A program made the position numbers and the translations under genes. From assembly GCA_030698625.1 (NCBI GenBank), contig JAUYMS010000003.1, positions 83,471 through 147,470 on the forward strand: 64,000 bases of DNA, written 5' to 3'. Origin of the DNA: Candidatus Omnitrophota bacterium. Lineage in GTDB: Bacteria > Omnitrophota > Omnitrophia > Omnitrophales > Aquincolibacteriaceae. The notes under the pieces are model-generated. The model saw only the letters and a list, made by a program, of their open reading frames with translations. It had not been told where the DNA came from and ran no database searches. Positions 57,229 to 64,000 of this stretch are shown piece after piece (within the stretch, counting starts at the first letter, position 1; every line of letters begins with the position of its first letter).

Positions 57229-57600
57229 ATGCAAGGAAAAAGATTAGACCGTGTTGGTCATTTGATTCAAATGGAGTTAAGCCAGCTTGTGCTGACGCGC
57301 GTTAAGGATCCGCGCCTTGGATTTGTGACTGTGACGCATGTGGATGTCACACCCGACGTGCGATCGGCCTGTGTCTTTTATAGCGTGATGGGTGACGACA
57401 AGGCCAAAAAGGAAACGCAGGGTGTTTTAGAGCGTGCGGCGGGCTTTCTCCAAAGGGAGATTGGCAGCAACTTGAAGTTGCGTTTCACGCCGAAGCTGAT
57501 CTTCCGCAGGGATGATTCCATTGATATGGGCATAGAAATCGATTCGGTTTTGCGCAGTGCTAAGGGACAGGGAAGTACATCAAGTGAGAAAAAACAGTAA
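57229..57600 (+). CDS. rbfA: Ribosome-binding factor A.
   Basis: KH-like RbfA sequence (…RVGHLIQMELSQLVL…); canonical position. Confidence 0.85.
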   Translation: MQGKRLDRVGHLIQMELSQLVLTRVKDPRLGFVTVTHVDVTPDVRSACVFYSVMGDDKAKKETQGVLERAAGFLQREIGSNLKLRFTPKLIFRRDDSIDMGIEIDSVLRSAKGQGSTSSEKKQ

Positions 57601-58582
57601 TACGAGCCTAAAAACATTCTGTCAGGCATTGAAGCGTTATGACCGCTTCCTGCTTTCCTGTCACGTAACTCCGGAAGGGGATGCGATCGGAAGCATGCTG
57701 GCCATGGATTCGCTGCTGCACCGTCTCGGAAAGCAGACAACGGTTGTTTGCCAAGATGAGTTTCCGAAGCGGCTGCCGTGTTTATCCGACAAGCGCTGGA
57801 AGCAGGTCGAAGAGGTTCGCAAACCGTTGGGCCACTATCAGGCTTTGGTGGTGACTGACTGCCCGACCATCGAACGTATCGGAAAAGTAAGGACGCTGCT
57901 TACCCCCGAGACCGTGATTTTCAACATCGATCACCACATCAGCAATCTCTATTACGGCCATTACAACTACGTTCGCCCCGAGGGTTCGGCAACCGCCGAA
58001 GTCGTTGTCGATATATTCAAGGGTTTGAAGCAAAAGCCTACAAAAGAAGATGCGCTGAACCTTTATGTGGGGATTACGACAGACACCGGTTCGTTCAAGT
58101 ACAGCAACACGACGGTGCGCAGCCATCAGGTCGCAGCGGAGCTCATTAAGACGGGTATCGATATTGCGAAGATTAACGATCAGCTTTACAGCACTTATTC
58201 ACTCAATAAAATTAATCTCTTGAGCCGTCTTTTTTCACGCGTGCGTACGACGGCTAACGGAGCCGTGGCGTGGGTGGAGATGCGGAATCAGGATCTCGTG
58301 CACTCCGGGGCAACCTATGAGGATGCCGAAGGTTTTATCGATTATCTTCGCTATATGAAGGAAGTGCAGATTGCCTTTTTTATGATTGAGATGCCCAAAA
58401 GCAAGACGGTCCGGGTTTCGTTTCGTGCGAAGGGTGACTATGATGTTAACAATATCGCGACCTGTTTTGACGGGGGCGGTCACAAAAAGGCATCGGGATG
58501 CGTTGTGTCGGGATCGCTGAAAGACGTGGAGCGTGAGATCTTGCAGCGCGTCCGCCTCGAACTTAAGACACCGCAGAAATAA
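57557..58582 (+). CDS. nrnA: DHH/DHHA1 phosphoesterase (NrnA-like bifunctional oligoribonuclease/pAp phosphatase). The true start is probably downstream of 57557, possibly GTG near 57584.
   Basis: DHH motif (IDHHISN) and DHHA1 motif (GGGHKKASG). The listed start overlaps the 3' end of rbfA. Confidence 0.7.
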   Translation: MLRDREVHQVRKNSNTSLKTFCQALKRYDRFLLSCHVTPEGDAIGSMLAMDSLLHRLGKQTTVVCQDEFPKRLPCLSDKRWKQVEEVRKPLGHYQALVVTDCPTIERIGKVRTLLTPETVIFNIDHHISNLYYGHYNYVRPEGSATAEVVVDIFKGLKQKPTKEDALNLYVGITTDTGSFKYSNTTVRSHQVAAELIKTGIDIAKINDQLYSTYSLNKINLLSRLFSRVRTTANGAVAWVEMRNQDLVHSGATYEDAEGFIDYLRYMKEVQIAFFMIEMPKSKTVRVSFRAKGDYDVNNIATCFDGGGHKKASGCVVSGSLKDVEREILQRVRLELKTPQK

Positions 58583-58583
58583 C

Positions 58584-59306
58584 ATGAACCAAATAGACGG
58601 CTTTCTTATTGCAGACAAACCCCAAGAATGGACATCGCACGATGTCTGTGCCTTTGTGCGCAAGCACTTCAAGATTAAGAAAGTGGGGCATGCCGGTACG
58701 CTCGACCCGATCGCGACCGGTGTGTTGGTGCTGCTCCTCGGACGCGCGACGAAGCAATCGATTCCTCTGAGCTCCTGCGAAAAGGAATACCAGGGAGTTA
58801 TGGAACTAGGAATAAAGACAGATTCGCATGATCGCTCCGGAAAAGTCATCGGTGAAGCCCCGTGGGAGTCTGTAACTCTGGAGGATGTACGCGAACGAGC
58901 GAAAGATTTCACCGGCGAAATTATCCAGGTCCCGCCGATGGTATCAGCGCTTAAGCACAAGGGTGTGAGACTTTACAAACTGGCGCGGCAGGGAAAAGAA
59001 GTTCACAGGGATGGCCGCAGTGTCACCGTCCGCGAATTCAATATTGTAAAGAAAGAAGGTGCACGGGTCCATTTTTCCGCTACCGTATCGAAGGGAACTT
59101 ATGTGCGGACACTGGTGCATGACCTCGGCGATGCCTTGGGCTGTTTTGCGACGCTTGCCGCTCTTGAGCGCATTCGCAGCGGGACTTTTCACGTGAAGGA
59201 TAGCGTGAAGGTCGACGCCATGAAGAAAATGAGTTTCGATGATCTGTGCGGGCGTATGATCCCGATTCATCTATCCCCCGTGTATTCCTTCTCTCTGGAA
59301 TCTTAA
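58584..59306 (+). CDS. truB: tRNA pseudouridine(55) synthase TruB. ATG at 58584 is preferred over the in-frame upstream extension from 58533.
   Basis: Catalytic motif HAGTLDPIATGVL; canonical position after rbfA/nrnA. Confidence 0.85.
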   Translation: MNQIDGFLIADKPQEWTSHDVCAFVRKHFKIKKVGHAGTLDPIATGVLVLLLGRATKQSIPLSSCEKEYQGVMELGIKTDSHDRSGKVIGEAPWESVTLEDVRERAKDFTGEIIQVPPMVSALKHKGVRLYKLARQGKEVHRDGRSVTVREFNIVKKEGARVHFSATVSKGTYVRTLVHDLGDALGCFATLAALERIRSGTFHVKDSVKVDAMKKMSFDDLCGRMIPIHLSPVYSFSLES

Positions 59307-59312
59307 TCCCTC

Positions 59313-60335
59313 ATGCAAATTCTAAGCAATATTGATTCTTACCAGCGTAGTTCTGATTGCCCGCTTATTCTGGCGATCGGTAATTTCGATGGTGTGCATC
59401 TCGGTCATCAACTCATTCTGAAACGGGTTACCCAGAGGGCACATTACCTGCGGGGAAAGGCGGCTGTCCTGACCTTTGTCGAGCATCCTCAGCGGGTGCT
59501 GCATCCGGGATCGAAGCCCCTGATGCTTAATTCTCTTGAGCAACGGCTCTGGCTTTTGAAAAAGACGGGTTTAGATATATGTTTTCTAATTCATTTTACA
59601 GAATCGTTCTCACAGCAGGAGCCGGCTGACTTTGTGAAAAATGTTTTGGTCGATCAACTCGGCGTGTGCGAGCTCTATTTAGGGTCCAACGCAAGGTTCG
59701 GAAAGAACCGCGTTGGCGACGCGTCATTGATGCAGAAGATCGCTTCAAAACTGGATTTTGCGTTTGAAGAGGTCGGTCCCGTGATGGTTGGCGAAGAGGT
59801 CGTTTCAAGCTCGCGTATTCGTGAGTTGGTGCGTGAGGGGCAGATCGAGAAAGCCTCGGCTTTTTTGGGAAGACTGATGACGATTCTCGGAATGGTGGTT
59901 GCCGGCGACGGCCGGGGCAGAGAACTCGGTTTTCCGACCGCCAATCTGAAAATAAGAAGTGACGTGTTGCCCCCGGAAGGGGTCTACCCCGTGCTGGCGC
60001 GGCCCGTAGAATTGTCCATCGAAGACTCTTGTGCCGAGGCCTCCAAGCTTCATGCAAAGCGCGAGCCCACCTGGCATCAAGGATTGCTCAACTATGGCCG
60101 AAGACCTACCTTTAAGGAGGGAGAATCCGGTGCTATCGCTGAGGTCTTTATCCTGGATTTTGAAGGTGATCTATACGGGCAAACCTTGGAGTTGTGCCTT
60201 TTTGACCGCCTGAGGCCCGAAAAGGCCTTTTCGGGAGCCGAGGACCTCAAGACGCAGATCTCTGCGGACGTCCTGGAATGCCGAAATTTCTTTAAAAACA
60301 GGGAAAATAACAACTTTACAAGCCTCGTGGATTAA
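59313..60335 (+). CDS. ribF: Bifunctional riboflavin kinase/FMN adenylyltransferase.
   Basis: N-terminal nucleotidyltransferase motif (IGNFDGVHLGHQ) and C-terminal riboflavin kinase motifs (…GFPTANL…E…). Confidence 0.9.
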   Translation: MQILSNIDSYQRSSDCPLILAIGNFDGVHLGHQLILKRVTQRAHYLRGKAAVLTFVEHPQRVLHPGSKPLMLNSLEQRLWLLKKTGLDICFLIHFTESFSQQEPADFVKNVLVDQLGVCELYLGSNARFGKNRVGDASLMQKIASKLDFAFEEVGPVMVGEEVVSSSRIRELVREGQIEKASAFLGRLMTILGMVVAGDGRGRELGFPTANLKIRSDVLPPEGVYPVLARPVELSIEDSCAEASKLHAKREPTWHQGLLNYGRRPTFKEGESGAIAEVFILDFEGDLYGQTLELCLFDRLRPEKAFSGAEDLKTQISADVLECRNFFKNRENNNFTSLVD

Positions 60336-60396
60336 CGTATACTAACAAACTAAAAATAGTCTAAATAGAGACGAGACAAGGAGTTAGGTAAGGTTT

Positions 60397-60666
60397 ATGG
60401 CTCTTGCGAAAGAAACGAAGACAAAAGTTATCGCAGATTATAGGCGCTCAAAAACGGACGCGGGTTCACCCGAAGTACAGGTTGCTGTTCTGACGGAACG
60501 AATCAACGGGCTTTCGCCGCACTTTGAGGCCAATAAGAAGGATCACCATTCCCGTTATGGGTTGATCAAAATGGTGAGCCGGCGTAAACGTCTTCTTAAT
60601 TATCTTCGAAAGATTGCCCCGGACCGCTATCAGGATTTGATTAGTCGCCTGAATTTGAGGAAGTAA
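60397..60666 (+). CDS. rpsO: 30S ribosomal protein S15.
   Basis: 89 aa; conserved S15 sequence. Confidence 0.95.
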   Translation: MALAKETKTKVIADYRRSKTDAGSPEVQVAVLTERINGLSPHFEANKKDHHSRYGLIKMVSRRKRLLNYLRKIAPDRYQDLISRLNLRK

Positions 60667-60700
60667 CTCCTTCCAGAACCCCCCAGACAAGGATCCGACC

Positions 60701-62887
60701 ATGGCCATCGAGAAAGTAACCGCTCAAGTAGGAAATTCCGAATTTATTTTTGAAGCAGGACATATAGCTAAGCAGGCTCACGGTTCTGTGACTCTACAAT
60801 GTGGGGGCACTGTCATTTTGGCGACGGCCGTGGCCAAGATGGAGCTCGACATAGGCAAAGACTTTTTCCCTCTTATGGTTGATTACCGTGAGAGAACATA
60901 CGCCGCCGGTAAGATTCCCGGAGGATATTTCAAGCGCGAAGGCCGGCCGACCGAACGTGAGATTTTGACCTGCCGTTTGATTGACCGTCCCATACGTTCT
61001 CTTTCCAATAAAGACTGGAAATACGACACCCAGTTAATCATTACGGTACTCTCTTCGGATGGTGTGAATCCGCCCGATATCCTTGCCATGAACGGAGCCG
61101 CTGCCGCTCTCTTTATTTCTGACATCCCCTTCGAAAATGTGATGGGTGCCGTACGTGTCGGATTAATTGACGGTGAGTTCATTATCAATCCAAGCTTCCG
61201 GGAGGTGGAAGAAGGCGATCTGGATCTAATCCTTGCCGGTACTGACGAAAGAATCGTCATGATTGAAGCGGGCGCTAACGAGCTTAGTGAAGAAAAGATG
61301 ATGGAAGCGCTGAAGTTCGGTCATGAACATATCAAGAGCCTTGTGAAGGCCCAGAAGGCGTTGCAGGCCAAGGTCGGTAAAGCGCGTCGCGAAATTCCGA
61401 AGGTTGAAATTTCGACGGAGATTCAAGAGAAGGTGGCGTCTGCCATCAAGGGAGAGTTCGACAAGATCTTCAAGCTTCCCAGCAAAGAGGAACGGGAAGC
61501 AGCCACAGAGGCGCTTAAGGCAAAGGTCCTGAGCCAGTTCGACGAAACCGCAGATGGTTTTAATTCCGGCCATGTAAAAGCAGTCTTCGGTAAACTTGAA
61601 AAGGAACATGTCCGCGAGATGATTTTAAGCGAGGGCAAGCGCCCCGACGGCCGTGGCTTTGGCGACTTGCGTAAAATTACCTGTGAAGTCGGGGTTCTGC
61701 CTCGGACCCACGGGTCAGCTGTTTTTACCCGCGGTCAGACGCAGGCCCTTGCCGTGACCACGCTCGGAACAGGCGGTGACGAACAGCGCATCGATTCTCT
61801 GGAAGGCGATATAACGAAGCGTTTTATGCTTCACTACAACTTCCCCCCCTTCAGCGTTGGCGAAGTCGGTAGAACGGGCGGTCCCGGACGGCGTGAAATC
61901 GGTCACGGAGCCTTAGCCGAGCGTTCCTTGAAGCCCATCATTCCGCATCAGGATGATTTTCCGTATACCATCCGCCTTGTTTCCGATATTTTGGAATCCA
62001 ACGGTTCCAGCTCTATGGCCTCGGTCTGCGGCGGTACTCTTTCTTTGATGGATGCCGGCGTTCCTATTAAGGCCCCGGTAGCCGGAATTGCGATCGGTTT
62101 GATCACTGGGGGAGACCGCTGGAAGGTTCTCACAGACATCGCAGGCATCGAAGATTATCTCGGCGATATGGATTTTAAAGCTGCCGGAACCGCCAAGGGA
62201 TTGACGGCTCTTCAGATGGATCTCAAGATCGCAGGTGTTACCGATGAGATTCTCTTGGAAGCATTCAAGCAGGCCAAGGATGCGCGGTTCAAATTACTCG
62301 ATTGCATCAAGGAGACCATTGCGGCGCCACGTGAAGACCTATCGCAATATGCGCCTCGAATTACCACGATCCGCGTCAACCCCGAGAAAATCGGCATGAT
62401 CATTGGCCCGGGCGGAAAAGTCATTCGCAAGATTTGCGAAGACACGGGTGCAGAGATCAATATTGAAGACGATGGTCGCGTGCATGTCTCCTCTGTGGAT
62501 GCCGATGCCGTTAGTGAAGCGCTTGCGCAGATCGAGCTCATCACGCAGGATGCCGAAATAGGCAGGATCTATGAAGGAAAAGTGCGTAAGCTGATGGGTT
62601 TTGGAGCCTTTATCGAAATCCTTCCGGGCAAAGACGGCATGTGCCACGTATCTGAAATCGCAGACGGCTTTGTGAAGAGCCCCGGCGACTTTATGCGTGT
62701 CGGCGATATCGTGCCTGTCAAAGTCATTAAGGTCGAGGATAATGGCAAGGTCAGTTTGAGTATTAAAGAAGCCAAGGAAGGCGGTCTGTCCCCAATTCCC
62801 GAAGGTGAAGAGAAGGGGGTTGTCGAGGAATCAGCCGGCCGCGGCGGAGGACGCGATCGTGGCAGCAGGCCGCGCTCGCGCAGGTAG
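60701..62887 (+). CDS. pnp: Polyribonucleotide nucleotidyltransferase (PNPase) with a C-terminal Arg/Gly-rich tail.
   Basis: Two RNase PH domains, KH and S1 domains. C-terminus …GRGGGRDRGSRPRSRR. Confidence 0.95.
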   Translation: MAIEKVTAQVGNSEFIFEAGHIAKQAHGSVTLQCGGTVILATAVAKMELDIGKDFFPLMVDYRERTYAAGKIPGGYFKREGRPTEREILTCRLIDRPIRSLSNKDWKYDTQLIITVLSSDGVNPPDILAMNGAAAALFISDIPFENVMGAVRVGLIDGEFIINPSFREVEEGDLDLILAGTDERIVMIEAGANELSEEKMMEALKFGHEHIKSLVKAQKALQAKVGKARREIPKVEISTEIQEKVASAIKGEFDKIFKLPSKEEREAATEALKAKVLSQFDETADGFNSGHVKAVFGKLEKEHVREMILSEGKRPDGRGFGDLRKITCEVGVLPRTHGSAVFTRGQTQALAVTTLGTGGDEQRIDSLEGDITKRFMLHYNFPPFSVGEVGRTGGPGRREIGHGALAERSLKPIIPHQDDFPYTIRLVSDILESNGSSSMASVCGGTLSLMDAGVPIKAPVAGIAIGLITGGDRWKVLTDIAGIEDYLGDMDFKAAGTAKGLTALQMDLKIAGVTDEILLEAFKQAKDARFKLLDCIKETIAAPREDLSQYAPRITTIRVNPEKIGMIIGPGGKVIRKICEDTGAEINIEDDGRVHVSSVDADAVSEALAQIELITQDAEIGRIYEGKVRKLMGFGAFIEILPGKDGMCHVSEIADGFVKSPGDFMRVGDIVPVKVIKVEDNGKVSLSIKEAKEGGLSPIPEGEEKGVVEESAGRGGGRDRGSRPRSRR

Positions 62888-62917
62888 TCTCGCCGTTCTG
62901 GTGCCCCTCGTTTTTTC

Positions 62918-63373
62918 ATGCCAGAACTCGAAGTTCTAATTAAAGTCCATCCTCATTTTGAAGGCCTGAGTCTGCCTGAATATAAGACACACGGCTCCAG
63001 CGGAATGGATCTATTGGCTGCTTGCACGGAGCCTATTGTTCTCCATCCCGGCGACCGTGCTCTCATACCGACTGGCCTGTCGGTTGCCATCCCCGAAGAT
63101 TATGAAGCGCAGCTCCGGCCGCGTAGCGGACTTGCCCTTAAATTTGGCGTTGGGCTTCCCAATAGCCCGGGAACGATCGACTCCGACTACCGTGGCGAAA
63201 TTAAGATAATCCTTATCAACTACGGGCGTGAGGATTTTACGGTAACCCGGGGTATGCGAATCGCACAAGTAGTGATTGCGCCTGTGGTTAAGGCGAGGTT
63301 ACTTCCGGTCGATAATCTAGACGAAACTCATCGCGCGAGCGGGGGGTTTGGCCACACCGGCTTGCATCACTAA
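62918..63373 (+). CDS. dut: dUTP diphosphatase.
   Basis: Conserved dUTPase motifs (…GSSGMDL…, …RSGLA…, …GTIDSDYRGEI…). Confidence 0.9.
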   Translation: MPELEVLIKVHPHFEGLSLPEYKTHGSSGMDLLAACTEPIVLHPGDRALIPTGLSVAIPEDYEAQLRPRSGLALKFGVGLPNSPGTIDSDYRGEIKIILINYGREDFTVTRGMRIAQVVIAPVVKARLLPVDNLDETHRASGGFGHTGLHH

Positions 63374-63379
63374 GAACTC

Positions 63380-64000
63380 ATGCGCAAAGAACGAATCAAC
63401 GAGATATGGGGTGTGCTTTTTTTGCTGCTAGGGCTGTTCACTCTCGCGAGTCTCGTCTTCTATCATTCCGGCGATCTTAGTTTCTATAGCTCCCATCCCA
63501 ATCGGCCGGTGCTCAATTATACAGGGCTTACAGGTGCGTACCTGGCCTTCGGTCTGTTCCTGACCTTCGGCGCGAGCGCTTTTCTGATTCCGCTTATATT
63601 CCTGCTCTGGTCGAGCTGTTTTTTTATGCAGCGCATTCCGGAACGAAAGTTTTTTAAATTTCTCGGCCTGGGTATCGCGATGTTTTCCGCAGCGACGATT
63701 ATCGCAATTTCCGTAAACCCGGAGTTGCGCCTGGAGCGCGGCGGCGCGATCGGCTATCTGGCTGGGACGCAGCTTCTACGCTATTTCGGGCACTTGGGCA
63801 GTTTTATCCTGGCGGCATCGTGTTTACTCTTATCGATGTTACTGGCGACCGATTTTCTTTTGTACCCGCTCTTTAAGAATGCTATGAAGCGGCTGCAGAA
63901 AATGACGCGCGGGTTTTCGGACTTCAGAGAAAATTTTCAGGAACTCTTCGCTGGGATCCGGATTCCCAAGCAACGCCCCACGATGGAAAATCTGGCTGAG
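63380..64000 (+). CDS. ftsK: 5' end (partial) of an FtsK-like DNA translocase: N-terminal polytopic membrane domain.
   Basis: Begins MRKERINEIWGVLFLLLGLFTLASLVFY… with at least four TM helices, as in FtsK N-termini. The ORF continues past the window end. Confidence 0.5.
   Translation, partial: MRKERINEIWGVLFLLLGLFTLASLVFYHSGDLSFYSSHPNRPVLNYTGLTGAYLAFGLFLTFGASAFLIPLIFLLWSSCFFMQRIPERKFFKFLGLGIAMFSAATIIAISVNPELRLERGGAIGYLAGTQLLRYFGHLGSFILAASCLLLSMLLATDFLLYPLFKNAMKRLQKMTRGFSDFRENFQELFAGIRIPKQRPTMENLAE

Overview
Bacterial chromosomal window of moderately high GC; the taxon cannot be determined from sequence alone. About 57% of it (906..37655, + strand) is one uninterrupted 12,250-codon ORF. Its product is a Sec-signal-bearing, mosaic giant protein, and by-eye motif recognition places the following domains in it: an ABC1/UbiB-type atypical kinase, two further kinase-like folds, three class I SAM-methyltransferase-like domains, a GNAT-like domain, an HExxH zincin-like site, a P-loop (uridine-kinase-like) NTPase, two tandem class II aldolase-like modules, and an array of sigma-70 region-4-like helix-turn-helix repeats. 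The pentapeptide RSELR punctuates this protein 15 times, with one RSELG variant, at irregular spacing. It is encoded with highly divergent codons and is twice followed directly by hydrophobic targeting-like segments, one of them a twin-arginine-like signal with an AxA site. I interpret this as a candidate, previously undescribed secreted 'polyprotein of enzymatic modules' with a conserved inter-module processing or linker motif. A small SseB-like secreted protein gene and a perfect palindromic operator-like site sit immediately upstream. The rest of the window is housekeeping. On the minus strand an F1Fo ATP synthase operon (atpI-like, B, E, F, H, A, G, D, C) runs directly into a partial complex I cluster (nuoJKLMN followed, unusually, by nuoI). 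These are followed by an M28 peptidase, a hypothetical membrane protein, tRNA-Gly(UCC), and a membrane fatty-acid desaturase. On the plus strand is the conserved nusA-infB-rbfA-nrnA-truB-ribF-rpsO-pnp-dut block and the 5' end of an ftsK-like gene. All domain calls come from motif recognition by eye, not profile searches. Antisense ORFs nested inside the giant gene are treated as spurious.
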